NCBI GenBank assembly: GCA_918797485.1
Contig: CAKKNE010000002.1
Location: 2,604,001-2,668,000, forward strand
DNA from: Pelagomonas calceolata
Taxonomy: Eukaryota
Direction of reading: 5' to 3'
DNA: 64,000 nt
Below, piece after piece: positions 30,595 to 40,738 of this stretch. The position numbers were made by a program, and so were the translations under genes. Under the pieces are notes generated by a model. That model saw nothing but the letters and a program-made list of their open reading frames with translations, made no database searches and had not been told where the DNA came from. Numbering within the stretch: the first letter of the stretch is position 1; every line of letters starts with the position of its first letter.

Positions 30595-33396
30595 ATGGAG
30601 CCCGACCTCGAGGGCTACGCGCAGCTCACGACGGACGACGAGGAAGTCTCGGACGAGGAGGACTCGATCCACTCCGAGCCATCAATAGAAGAGGAGGAGC
30701 CCAAGATCCTGCTCGAAGTATTATCGCCGGGCGGCGCGCGGCTCGTCTTCCTGCTGGTCTACGCGTGTTGCGCTATTGCGATAGCGCAGTACGCCCTGGC
30801 CGCGCGGGCGACGAAGGCCACGGCGACCGCCTTGTCGGGCCAGACCCTCGACGTGATCAGTCAGGACGATGCTACGATCTGGCTCGCGCGCTTCCCCGCT
30901 TTAGGAGATGTGCAGGGCAACGTGGCGCTGCGTGCCATCTACCCGAACCAGACGGCCATTCATGATTCAAACACCACCGTTGACGACGACGCCACTGTAG
31001 ACGACGACGCCGTGGCCGCGTCCACGCTGCCGGTGACCTACGACATCGACGTGTGGGCGACGCGCTCGCGGAACGCCGGTCTGGGCGACGCCAAGACCGT
31101 GGTACTACAAAGGAATAGTGAGACGGCCTACATGAACACCGCGGGAGACAATGTTCTGGCGACGTCGACGAAGGTCGCGTCGTGGTACCAGCGCTCCGAG
31201 AGCGTGCCGTCGCGGTCGCGCGTCCACGGCTTCCTCGTGCAGCTCACGTACTGCGTACCCGCGAACGCTACCCAAAGGTGCGCGGCCGTCGACGACGCGA
31301 CGCGGCGAACGCTCGCACGTGGCGGCGATCTAACGTTAAAATACCACGACCTCAAGCCGCTCACGACGCCGGCGCGGGCCGCGGCGCGCATCTTGTTATT
31401 GGTCTGGTGGGGCTTGTTATTCACGGCGTGGGCGCCTTACATACGCAGGGGCGGCGCTTTATATTTGTCGCTCCTACTTGTTGGTCTCTTGTTCTTCGCG
31501 GACCCCGTGGATTGTGTGGTCGAGGCGCTGCCGCGTTCTACGAAGATCCCGCCGCTGGTCGCGTTCTGCTCCCGCGTTGGTCGAAGACTGGGCGAGGCGA
31601 CGTTGTTAGCAGCTCTGCTGTTGGCCGCGGACGCCGACGGCCGCGCGGCGCGTTCGTTAGATCCGCTCTGGCGGAGCGGCCGGCCCTACTATCTGCTGGC
31701 GCCCGTGGTCTACGGCTTCTGCGGCGTCTGGGCCGTCTTCCTGCAGTTTCCGACGCTCTGGGGGTCCGATCGACCACCGACGCTCGCGCTCGTTTCGTGG
31801 CCGGCCGGTTCGCTCCGGGCCTTCGCGGCGGCGGCGCTGGGCGCCGTCGCTTCGGGCCTGGCCTGGGGCGTGCTGTTCATATGTCTCATCGTGCGGGCGG
31901 GCCGGCGCCTCGCGGCCGCGCCGTACGCGAGGACGCGGAGGCACCAGCTGGCCTTCCGCTTCTTCGCGCTGCAGGCGTCGTTGGTGGCGCTGTTCGTCGC
32001 GGCGTCCTTCGTGATTGGGTTCGTGGATTTGTGGCGCGATTACAGATCCGACTTCATGGCTTTCGTGAAACATGGAGACGCTCGTGCGGTCAAGGACCTC
32101 GCTGGTGCCTTGGAAGCCCTTGTCACGGACGATGTAAGGGATTTAGCTGAGGCTTATTGTTTTGCGGTCTACGTGGCACTCTTGCTTTATGTGAATCTGC
32201 CGCCGCCGCAGAACAACGACCTCCTCACTAGTCGTGAGGTCGTACGCGACGAGCGCGACGACAAACGTCGCAGACGGCGCCGGCCGCACGCGCGCCCGGC
32301 CTTCGTCGTCGAGACGGCGCGGTGGCTGGCAGAGGTCTCCGACGCGACCTACGGCGACGGGACGAGGGACCTCGAGTGCGGCATGGTGAACGTGACGCGG
32401 CTGGCGCACGACGACACGCGCGGCCTCGTGGCCCTACGGGCGCGGGACCCGTCGCACGTGGTCGTGGCCTTCCGGGGAACTGCGTCCGCGTCGCAAATTT
32501 CGACGAACGCCGACGTGCGCCTGAAGCGCATCGTGACACCCTCCGCTCCAGACGAGCCGCCGCCGCCGCCCGTTTTAAGATCGGAGTCCTCGCTTGAAGA
32601 CGACGACGAGCCCGCGGGAAACGGGCGCCTCGGCCTCGACCTGTTGGTGCGGACCGCCGCGGTCGCCGTGGATGTGACTGCGCGCGGGGGAGACCTGCTA
32701 CAGGACTTCGCGCGCGGGCTCCTCAACGCGTCCGGGGCCGTGGACGTGGCGCCAGGCCTCGCACAAACCGTAGAACCCTGCGTGCACAACGGCTTCTGGA
32801 CTGCCTACGCGGGCGTGCGACCGCAATTGGAACGGGCCTTGTCAGAGGCGCTCGCGACCAACGAAGTGAGGCGCGTCAGCTTCACGGGCCATTCCTTAGG
32901 CGGCGCGCTGGCGCAGCTCGCGAGCGCGGACTTCGCGAGCGGCGCGCTCTGCCCGACGCACGGCCGGCGCGCCGACTGCGTCACGTTCGGGGCCCCACGC
33001 GTGGGCAACGCCGTCTGGGCGCGCGCGTTCTCCAAACTAGTTCCGGAGGCGTGGCGCGTCGTCTGCGACGGCGACGTCATCGCGTTCCTGCGGGGCTGCG
33101 GCTACGTCCACGCGGGCGTCGAGGTCGTGGTCGACGCCTCGGCGCAGACGCCGGGATATGTGGTCGTCGACCCGACGCCCGTCGAGAAGAAGCTGCGCCT
33201 GGGCTGCGGCAAGTCGGTGGGAGCACACAAGCTTGCGGCCTACCGCAAGGGCCTCTGGGGCGCGGCGGGGTGTCGGGGAGACCCGCCCGCGCGACGAGCT
33301 CGGCAATCTGAGTCTCCGGCGCCACCAGTTGCTGAACATACCGTCTCCTGCTGCTGGCGGACGCGTGTCGACGTCGACGCGACGCCGCCCATATAA
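30595..33396 (+). CDS. Multi-pass membrane protein with C-terminal class-3 lipase domain
   Basis: About 8 hydrophobic segments; VVVAFRGT, VHNGFW, FTGHSLGGALA, TFGAPRVGN, RVV..GD, YVHAG. Confidence 0.85.
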   Translation: MEPDLEGYAQLTTDDEEVSDEEDSIHSEPSIEEEEPKILLEVLSPGGARLVFLLVYACCAIAIAQYALAARATKATATALSGQTLDVISQDDATIWLARFPALGDVQGNVALRAIYPNQTAIHDSNTTVDDDATVDDDAVAASTLPVTYDIDVWATRSRNAGLGDAKTVVLQRNSETAYMNTAGDNVLATSTKVASWYQRSESVPSRSRVHGFLVQLTYCVPANATQRCAAVDDATRRTLARGGDLTLKYHDLKPLTTPARAAARILLLVWWGLLFTAWAPYIRRGGALYLSLLLVGLLFFADPVDCVVEALPRSTKIPPLVAFCSRVGRRLGEATLLAALLLAADADGRAARSLDPLWRSGRPYYLLAPVVYGFCGVWAVFLQFPTLWGSDRPPTLALVSWPAGSLRAFAAAALGAVASGLAWGVLFICLIVRAGRRLAAAPYARTRRHQLAFRFFALQASLVALFVAASFVIGFVDLWRDYRSDFMAFVKHGDARAVKDLAGALEALVTDDVRDLAEAYCFAVYVALLLYVNLPPPQNNDLLTSREVVRDERDDKRRRRRRPHARPAFVVETARWLAEVSDATYGDGTRDLECGMVNVTRLAHDDTRGLVALRARDPSHVVVAFRGTASASQISTNADVRLKRIVTPSAPDEPPPPPVLRSESSLEDDDEPAGNGRLGLDLLVRTAAVAVDVTARGGDLLQDFARGLLNASGAVDVAPGLAQTVEPCVHNGFWTAYAGVRPQLERALSEALATNEVRRVSFTGHSLGGALAQLASADFASGALCPTHGRRADCVTFGAPRVGNAVWARAFSKLVPEAWRVVCDGDVIAFLRGCGYVHAGVEVVVDASAQTPGYVVVDPTPVEKKLRLGCGKSVGAHKLAAYRKGLWGAAGCRGDPPARRARQSESPAPPVAEHTVSCCWRTRVDVDATPPI

Positions 33397-33531
33397 TCTT
33401 TGTCTCTGTTTTTCTACTTCTAAGTCCCAGACATGAATATATATACACATTACGCCTTGTGGCGCGACCGCGTGGCGGCCGCTGGTCTTGTCGATCGATT
33501 TTCTGTATGCGTCACCATCGGATGTGGTTTC

Positions 33532-34353
33532 CTACCCGAAGGCGCGGAGGTTGTAGAGCGAGCCGTCCATGTCGTCGAGGCCCGGCGCCGGCTTGCTCGG
33601 CAGCGCGTGGAGCGACCCGTCCATCGTCGCGAGCGCGGGCGCGGCGACTTCCGCTGCCTTCGCGTCGAGTTCGACCTGGGCCACGCGCCGCGCCAGATCA
33701 TCGTCCGCGTCGGCGACGGCCGCCTGCGCCTCCGCCGATCCCAGCCCGCCGCGCTTCCGCTTGACGCCGTCCAGACTGTCCGAGCCCGGCGGGCCCGGCT
33801 CAGCTAACGCCGCGAGGTTGTCCGACGAACTGATTCGAGACTTCGACCCGATGCGCCGGAGCTTTCTTCGTAGCGAGCGGGCCATGAACCACGGGAGCTT
33901 CTCGAGCTGATACAGGGGCGGCAGCGACTTGATGCGCTCGAGCTGCGCCGCCCGTACTAGTTTCCGCGACGCCTCGATGGCCTCCGGCGAGATCCCTTCG
34001 GCGGCGAGGATCTCCCGCCGCCGTTCCGGATGGATCCAGGGCACGGGCCTTCTTGGATAAAAACGCGGCCGGAGCGGCTGGTGCTCGTCGACACTTTTCA
34101 CGATGCAACACACCTCCTCCCGGCCCAACCCGAGTGCGACGCCCGACCGCACCGCCGGGTTGTCGGCGATGGCCATGGGGAAGACGTGGATCGAGACGTC
34201 GCCGAACGCGACGCGGCGGCGCTTCGTCGCCATGAGCGCGTCGTCGATGTGCTCGGAGCGCTGGGCGGGCCGCGGCGCCGACGGCGTGACGCGGCGCGGT
34301 TTCGGTTTCTTAGCGCACGAATTAATTAAAAGAGCTACTTTGTCGCGCGGCAT
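33532..34353 (-). CDS. Hypothetical protein with RVxF (PP1-docking-like) and DNP..SG..LG motif
   Basis: KRRRVAFGDVSIHVFPMAIADNPAVRSGVALGLG followed by ERRREILAAEG. Confidence 0.6.
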   Translation of the reverse strand: MPRDKVALLINSCAKKPKPRRVTPSAPRPAQRSEHIDDALMATKRRRVAFGDVSIHVFPMAIADNPAVRSGVALGLGREEVCCIVKSVDEHQPLRPRFYPRRPVPWIHPERRREILAAEGISPEAIEASRKLVRAAQLERIKSLPPLYQLEKLPWFMARSLRRKLRRIGSKSRISSSDNLAALAEPGPPGSDSLDGVKRKRGGLGSAEAQAAVADADDDLARRVAQVELDAKAAEVAAPALATMDGSLHALPSKPAPGLDDMDGSLYNLRAFG

Positions 34354-34977
34354 CGACGAACCCGCGCGCGGTCGCAGTTTTCAGCGAAATCCCGAAGGAC
34401 TATTTGTTCAGGACTTTTGTCACGAACCGTGGGGTCCTCGCGCTCGCGGGTCGCGCTCGCTAGCTCGTCTGAGCCCTCAATAAAGTGGGTGAGCAGTGTG
34501 TTCAGAGTTTCCTGAGAGTCGCCGCTCAAATCTCGTCGTCCACGCGGATCAGGCGCCCGATTGCACTGGACTTTGACGCACGAGTGTTTCCTCCGCGCGC
34601 GCTGCGGCCAAGGGCAAGAGCTCTGTGATATATATGTTGCCTCTGGCAGGTGAACACACGCCATCTCTGTGCAGAGCGAAGACTCAAAGTGGCTCATGGA
34701 TTGCTCTTTGCAGCTTTAATCGTCGCACTAGCATCCAGCCACTAGCGCTCACAACATCTCAGCTCTCCGGCAAAGGCGCGGGCGCATCGCAGCCTTCTGG
34801 GGGAGGCACGCGCGTGCGGGACGCTCTGAGATCCGCCCTGTTTGCACGCGAAAGCAGGCAGCCCAAGGAACAGGGCCGCACGCCCCAGAGGGCAGCAACA
34901 GCCCAGAGGCGCCACCCCCGCCAACGCCGCCGCGGGACTGCCCAGAGGCAGTCTAACCCCGCGGCGCGGCGGCGAGC

Positions 34978-35835
34978 ATGGGCAAGCTTTATTTCAACTA
35001 CAGTACGATGAACGCCGGCAAGTCGACGGCCCTCCTCCAGGCGGCCTACAACTACGAGGAGCGGGGCATGGCGGTGCTCTTATTGACCGCCGCGTGCGAC
35101 GATAGAAGTGGACGAGGTCGCATCGCGAGCCGCGTCGGACTGGCGAGAAATGCCGAGGTGTTTGACGCCTCTACTGATTTGTACGAGCGGGTCCGAACAG
35201 CTAGAGGCGACGAGGACGCCGACAACACCGTGTCGTGCGTTTTGATCGACGAGGCCCAGTTCCTCACAAAAACCCAAGTCTGGCAGTTAGCTAGAGCGGT
35301 GGACGATGTTGGTGTTCCTGTCCTCTGCTATGGACTAAGGGTCGATTTTAGGGGAGAATTGTTTCCCGGGAGTGCCGCCTTGCTAGCTTGGGCGGACGAG
35401 CTGAGAGAGGTAAGAACAGTATGCTTCTGCGGCAAGAAGGCGACGATGGTCGTGCGGCGAGGTGCCGACGGGAATCCGTTGACGCACGGCGACCAGGTCG
35501 GCATCGGCGGCGAGGAGCAGTACGTGAGCTTATGTCGGAGGCACTTCCGGGCGGCAACTTCCAAAAACGACGACGGCAAGAGCGAGGCCGTGCGCTTCGT
35601 CGAGTCTGCATTAGGTGCGCCTGCTTTGCCGCCCGGCCGCGCGCTGCCCGCGAAGATCCGCGAGCCGCCGCCGCCGCCGCTCATGACGGTGACGCCGATC
35701 AAGGCGCGCGCGGCGTCCCCCGCCGGCCCGGCGCAGCGCGCCGGGCCCGTGGCGGGCGTCTTCTCGGGCCTGCGCCCGGCGCCGCGCGTCTTCTGCATCG
35801 GGGGCCTCGGCGCGGGGCCGCCGAGGTCCTCCTAG
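34978..35835 (+). CDS. tdk: Thymidine kinase (TK1/tdk family, proteobacterial-type) with Pro-rich C-terminal extension
   Basis: KLYFNYSTMNAGKST.LLQ.AYNY.ERG, IASRVGL, IDEAQFL, YGLRVDFRGELFPGS, VCFCG..ATMVVR, YVSLCRRH. Confidence 0.93.
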   Translation: MGKLYFNYSTMNAGKSTALLQAAYNYEERGMAVLLLTAACDDRSGRGRIASRVGLARNAEVFDASTDLYERVRTARGDEDADNTVSCVLIDEAQFLTKTQVWQLARAVDDVGVPVLCYGLRVDFRGELFPGSAALLAWADELREVRTVCFCGKKATMVVRRGADGNPLTHGDQVGIGGEEQYVSLCRRHFRAATSKNDDGKSEAVRFVESALGAPALPPGRALPAKIREPPPPPLMTVTPIKARAASPAGPAQRAGPVAGVFSGLRPAPRVFCIGGLGAGPPRSS

Positions 35836-36971
35836 TAACCACTCTTAGGCTTTTCTCTAGCCAGCGTGTGGGCTTTACTCCACGGCCCTGCACGCCATCG
35901 CCGCGAGACTCGGAGGCTTATGCTGTAATGAAAGACGCGGCACGCGCCCGCCGCCGGATCAGCTGTACTAACACTCTCATACTTCTCCATCGCCCGATCG
36001 AGAGGTGGCTCCGTGGCCTTGACGATCTCCAGGGGGCCCAGCCGACCCCGCTTGAGGCGGACGTGGTGCCGGTCCGCGTAGGCGCAGGGAGGCGCCGTCC
36101 CCGCGCAGAGGTGCCGGGCTACGAGCCCCATGTGCTGGTAGGTCGCCGTCACGAGCTCCGCGCAGTGCATGCTCCGGCAATCGGCGGCCGCCTCCGTGAA
36201 GAGCGCGTGGAAGGGCGCCTCCTTCTCGAACTCCGTGCCCCGCACCTTGGCGATCCACGCCTCGAGTCGTTCTGGGGCTAATCGTGCCTCGCTCAACGAC
36301 CGCACGGCGACCGTCGCGTACTCGTCGTAGGCCGGATCTTCCAGGAGCCGGTGTCTTAGGTCATAGATGTGAACGCCCTCGCCCGACGCCTCCAGCAGTT
36401 GCGGCTTCCCCGATTCGCACACGTGGAAGTGGCGCGGGTCCCGTCGTTTGTGCTTGGCCCAGCGCTTCGGATGTGCGCCGTCTCCGTGGAAGGACTGGTC
36501 CTCTTCCTCGACATCTGTGAGACGGCCGCGCACGACCATGGCGACGTGGTTCCAAGTGCTGTCCGTGAGCACCTGGATGGCGTTGCCGACCCAGCTCATC
36601 GCCGGCCCGGACGAGCACAACACGAGGTCGCCGGTTTTCAACGCGTCGAGTCTTACAGCCACCGTGGCCGGGTACTTGCTTAAGTTCGGGCCCCACCGGT
36701 CGTACGGCGCCGCCCGCTTCGACAGCACGGCGACCATGGCGTTGTGCGTCGTCGGGTCAAGCTTCGAGAGGACGTCGCCGACGACGGCCATGCGCTGTGC
36801 GCTGGCAGCGTCCATAAAGTCGGTCGCGGAGGCGCGCGGCGACGGCTCCCGGTCCGCGAGCGTCGGCAGCGGCGGCGCCCGCGCGGCGAGGACGGCGGCC
36901 GGCGGCGCTCTGGGCTCGTTTGCTGGTTCTATCGGCTTAATGGCGCTGGTTGGCATGCAAACTACGACCAT
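35832..36971 (-). CDS. Permuted papain-like (NlpC/P60, YiiX/YaeF-type) amidase-like protein; 3' end may be spliced (alternative stop 35875)
   Basis: LKTGDLVL, S.WNHVAMV, LLEA, VAVR.L, HCAELV..YQHMGL with His before Cys (permuted order). Confidence 0.75.
   Translation of the reverse strand: MVVVCMPTSAIKPIEPANEPRAPPAAVLAARAPPLPTLADREPSPRASATDFMDAASAQRMAVVGDVLSKLDPTTHNAMVAVLSKRAAPYDRWGPNLSKYPATVAVRLDALKTGDLVLCSSGPAMSWVGNAIQVLTDSTWNHVAMVVRGRLTDVEEEDQSFHGDGAHPKRWAKHKRRDPRHFHVCESGKPQLLEASGEGVHIYDLRHRLLEDPAYDEYATVAVRSLSEARLAPERLEAWIAKVRGTEFEKEAPFHALFTEAAADCRSMHCAELVTATYQHMGLVARHLCAGTAPPCAYADRHHVRLKRGRLGPLEIVKATEPPLDRAMEKYESVSTADPAAGACRVFHYSISLRVSRRWRAGPWSKAHTLAREKPKSGY
35888..35982 (-). mobile_element. 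Repeat-derived segment, probable terminal intron
   Basis: GTATGA...TGCAG borders; contains the 35-bp repeat shared with 4913-4947 and a 15-bp match CACGCCATCGCCGCG shared with the 61818 intron. Confidence 0.5.
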
Positions 36972-37193
36972 TGTGTTGACGGCAGCCTGAATATGCGTCT
37001 AGGGTTGTGTTGCGCTCGTGCGTGTGTTGCGGGCAGCTCCAGTTCGATTGTACGGTTCGTACTGCGCAGCCAGCCAAGTTTTGCACTTTCCCGGCATGAG
37101 CCGGAGACGAGGCGCTCAGAAGTGGAAGGATGCGTAGTCTCAAGTCCTCCCCTTGATATCTGAACAAGCTGAGAGGTCGAAGGGACCCGTGCG

Positions 37194-37214
37194 CTAGCGG
37201 CAGTAAGACACTAG
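37194..37214 (-). promoter_or_regulatory. CTAG dyad element (rc GCTTG-CTAG-TGTCTTACTGCCG-CTAG-C)
   Basis: Between divergent ATGs 36971 and 37390. Confidence 0.75.
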
Positions 37215-37389
37215 CAAGCAACCCTCGACCACAAGCGGCTCAGCTCTTATACGGCACCGCTGTAGCAATAAAACTCGTAAAAGCGCTGCGGAGACATCGT
37301 CTCATTGGCGTTAACCTCCACGCCAAGTCTTGCGCCCAGCCGCGCCGCCGCCAAAGTTTGCCTACCCGACGCAGCAGCATCACTGAACC

Positions 37390-38535
37390 ATGAGCCAGAA
37401 CTTATGCGTACACAACCGCGACTTCGGCATGACCGAAGCCTTGGTGAGAGGCTTCCGCACGGGCTTCCTCAAGGATAGTGATTATCACCACCTGACGCAG
37501 TGCGAAACTCTTGAGGACGTCAAAATGAATTTGGCAGAGACGGACTACGACCAGTTTCTGGCCGACGCGCCCGTCGTGAATCCGGCCGTGATCCTAGAAA
37601 AGGCCACGGGCAAGATGGTGGCCGAATTCAAGTATCTGCGAGCGCAAGCCGTGGAACCCTTGGCTACTTTCCTGGACTACATTACCTACGAGTACATGAT
37701 CGACAACGTCATGTTGTTGCTGAAGGGTACGCTATCTGGGAGAGACGTGGGCGAGCTCATCGAGCAGTGCCACCCGCTCGGGCTGTTTAGGGATAGTACG
37801 ATGCGAAGCATACCAGCCTTCGAGAACTCGCCGAAGGGATACGCTGATCTTTATCAGTTGGTATTAGTAGACACCCCCGTAGGACCCTACTTCTCGCAGT
37901 TTCTCGCGGAGAGCGCTGAACGAATCGGTTCAGCTTCGGAGGTGAGACATGTACTGGAAGAGGTCGAATTGGAAATAGTGAAACATTCATTGATGAAATT
38001 GTATCTGGAAGACTTCGCCGCGTTCTGCCAATCGATCGGTGGCGACACGGCGGAGGTCATGGGTGAAATACTCAACGCGAGGGCCGACCAGAGAGCTATC
38101 AACGTCACTCTCAACTCCTTCGGGACGCCGTTAAACGAACCCCAGATGCGTTCCAGAGAACGTAGAAGATTATACCCGTCCATTGGTTTCCTCTACCCGG
38201 CAGGAACGCATAAATTAGCAGAAGCGTCCGACGAACAAGCCCTAGGCAATGCCATAAACTGGCACCCCATGTACCGCGAGATCTATGCAGCCCACGTCAA
38301 CGAAGGCGTGGATGACCGGTCGATTGATGACGCCTTCTATGAGCGGGAAGTGAGGATGCTCGAATTGGCCTTCGAGGGCCAAATGCATTTCGGGATTTAC
38401 TACGCGTACGTCAAGTTGAAGGAGCAGGAGGTGCGCAACTTGGTCTGGATCAGCGAGTGCATCGTGCAGCAGCAGAAGGACGAGATCAACAAGTTCGTGC
38501 CCTGCTTCTCCAAAAGCGCGCCGTGGCGCTCCTAG
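37390..38535 (+). CDS. VMA6: V-type proton ATPase V0 subunit d
   Basis: EALVRG...LTQCETLED.K, YMIDNV.LL..GTL, CHPLG, LVDTP, YVKLKEQEVRNLVWISECI. Confidence 0.97.
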   Translation: MSQNLCVHNRDFGMTEALVRGFRTGFLKDSDYHHLTQCETLEDVKMNLAETDYDQFLADAPVVNPAVILEKATGKMVAEFKYLRAQAVEPLATFLDYITYEYMIDNVMLLLKGTLSGRDVGELIEQCHPLGLFRDSTMRSIPAFENSPKGYADLYQLVLVDTPVGPYFSQFLAESAERIGSASEVRHVLEEVELEIVKHSLMKLYLEDFAAFCQSIGGDTAEVMGEILNARADQRAINVTLNSFGTPLNEPQMRSRERRRLYPSIGFLYPAGTHKLAEASDEQALGNAINWHPMYREIYAAHVNEGVDDRSIDDAFYEREVRMLELAFEGQMHFGIYYAYVKLKEQEVRNLVWISECIVQQQKDEINKFVPCFSKSAPWRS

Positions 38536-38561
38536 CTTGTGACACTAAGTATACATACATA

Positions 38562-39539
38562 TTACATGATGGCTTGTTCCTCGGTAAACGTCTTTTCGTC
38601 GACGGGCGGCTGCTGTTTCAGTTTGCGTGCTAAATTGAAGCGGTGCCAGTCCGATTTGAAATGTGCCCGATGCGCGGCCGCGTCGGGGAAGGCGCCGCCG
38701 CACGTATTGCAGGCTAGCACTCTAGGTTTCGGCGCGACTGGTCCCTTGGCTGGTTTCGGTGGTTTCTGTACGGGTGGAGGTGGCGGCGGCAGTGTTGGAC
38801 TCGCTTCGCATACAGCGGCGCGCTCGACGACCTCGACGCTCCCTTTACTATCTGTCGCTTTTGCGACCGCCTCGACAATCTCGCGGTAGACGCGCGGCGG
38901 CACTAAACATGTGATAGAGGCGTCCTTGACCGTGCACGTGACGTCGCCGTCCACGGCTTGCAGAGCCGCCACAACATCAGAAGGCTCCGCAGCTCCACAC
39001 ACGACCCGAAGCTCCATGGGCGCGCGCTTCAGCCCGTGGTCCCGTTCCAGCACCTTCATGACGTCCAAAGCCTGGCGCTTCGCGCTCTTTGTGGTAGAAG
39101 GCGCAAATCCTGCGTCATCTCGCAACAACCGCCCGACGGCGTCCGGCGCCAGCCGCGCGCCCGTGGCGGCGTCTATACACATGCTCGCCACGAGGTTCGT
39201 GACTTCGGCCATCAGTTTGTCGGTCTCCGCTTCCCGTTCTTTGGCCGATACTTGGAGTGAGCCTTTCTTCAGAATTTCCTCGCAGATCTGTTCTACACTA
39301 AGTCCGGGGAAGTGCTTCTGGAGCTGCTTCTTTGGCGCGACGACGCCGTGCACCGTGTTCGTAAAGACCTGGGCGACTTGGAGCACCTCGTCGACGTCCG
39401 CCTCGACGCCGGCCCTGAAATCTTTTACTTTGCTGGGATAGGCGGCCACTTCAAAAGTTTGGCTCTTCTTCTTGAGTTTTACTACGCTGACACTTGAAAG
39501 CTCGATGCGGTTCTGCGGCGTGCCGACGCGGCGGGACAT
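38562..39539 (-). CDS. SBDS: Ribosome maturation factor SBDS/Sdo1 with C-terminal C2H2 zinc finger
   Basis: TP.N.I.L..V.VV, FEVAAY..KV..FR.G, DEVLQ..VFTN, ILKKG.LQVS.KER, SAKRQAL; CNTC...HRAHFKSDWHRFNL. Confidence 0.93.
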   Translation of the reverse strand: MSRRVGTPQNRIELSSVSVVKLKKKSQTFEVAAYPSKVKDFRAGVEADVDEVLQVAQVFTNTVHGVVAPKKQLQKHFPGLSVEQICEEILKKGSLQVSAKEREAETDKLMAEVTNLVASMCIDAATGARLAPDAVGRLLRDDAGFAPSTTKSAKRQALDVMKVLERDHGLKRAPMELRVVCGAAEPSDVVAALQAVDGDVTCTVKDASITCLVPPRVYREIVEAVAKATDSKGSVEVVERAAVCEASPTLPPPPPPVQKPPKPAKGPVAPKPRVLACNTCGGAFPDAAAHRAHFKSDWHRFNLARKLKQQPPVDEKTFTEEQAIM

Positions 39540-39732
39540 CGCTGCCGCTTGTTCTTGTTGTGGTTTGGTTGCTGCTGCAGAGGTGTGCAGGAACTGATAC
39601 TGATGCGTTGCACAACTTGTCTTCAATCGCTGCGTGATGCACCGTTCAGTGGTCGCTGCAGTGATGCAAGTGCGGGTCTGCAAAGCGCAGCCACAAGCGT
39701 ATCGCTCGACGACGCCGTGAAAGAGCAGCTTG

Positions 39733-39754
39733 CTAGTGTCTTATAGGCCGCTAG
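39733..39754 (+). promoter_or_regulatory. CTAG dyad element (GCTTG-CTAG-TGTCTTATAGGCCG-CTAG-C)
   Basis: Between divergent ATGs 39539 and 39862; T-tract follows. Confidence 0.75.
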
Positions 39755-39861
39755 CTACGTTTTTTTATGCCAACTTTGACCTTTGCGGGCGCCGTTTGTG
39801 CGTGATCATGAGCCAGGCGTGAAAGCGCCTCTCCAGAGCTGCGCGCAGCCACGCTGTCTCC

Positions 39862-40691
39862 ATGATTCCCGAAAATGTAGCCGCTGCTGCAAATAATTGC
39901 GAAATAAACGCAGTAATGGAGTGGCTGGCCGCGCACCCGCAGTCCGTGAACGACGTCGACTCCGGGGGAGAGTCGCTACTCGTACTGTGCGTAAATGAAA
40001 GCTACGACGGAATTGAGACTAACCAAGACGACCAGCTCGAACTGGTCCGCTACCTTTTGAGTCAAGGGGCGGACCCAAATCTCAGCAGTGGTTCGGACGA
40101 CGAGACGCCATTGTATGCGTCCTGTGGTTCAGGCCGTGCACACCCTTTTCCTCACGCCCAACTACTTGTAGCTTGTTTGCTCCGCGCCGGCGCCGACCCA
40201 AACCTGAAGGTTGCCGAAAATGCCCCTCTCTTCTCCGCGCTCGACTGTTTCCTCGGAGCAGACGAAGGATCATGGATCCTTCCCGTCGTCGCGCATTTGC
40301 TGCGATACGGCGCGTCGCTGGACAATTGCGAAGGGAACCGGTCGGCTGAGGAGGTGATGCAGAGGAGGAGCGGCGTTGGCCCGAGTTGGTCCAGGGAAAC
40401 CTGGAATTTCAAGCTGCTGCGATTCTGATCCGAGGCGTACGCGCCGCGGGCTCGTGGAAAAAATATTGCCGGAGATGGGGCGCGCACCGCGACATCCTGA
40501 GGCTTCGGAGCCTCGTGGTTCGCGGCCGCGGTACGACGAGTGACACATGGCTCGCTGGCATGGTCCGACTGAAGGAGAACGGCCTCGTCTGGAAGGTCCT
40601 GTCGTTCTGGCGCGATCCCGACGACATCGAGGAGGTCGTCCTTCCGCCGGATGAAGAGTGGCCGGAACCCTATTTTGTGAGAGTGTATTAA
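39862..40691 (+). pseudogene. Ankyrin-repeat protein split by a 1-nt frameshift near 40362
   Basis: Ankyrin motifs (LVRYLLSQGADPN, ETPLY, LLRAGADPN); adding one G at ATGCAG^AGGAGGAG gives MQEEERRWPELVQGN... continuous with the 40386-40691 ORF. Confidence 0.65.
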
Positions 40692-40738
40692 GAGTGTATG
40701 ACTAGTAAACCGAATGTGCTTTAAAATACAATGAGTAT

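Noticed and set aside
34728..34745. CTAG-CATCCAGCCA-CTAG in the 34353/34978 divergent region
   Set aside because: The position fits, but the spacer is only 10 bp and lacks TGTCTT; not counted as a dyad copy
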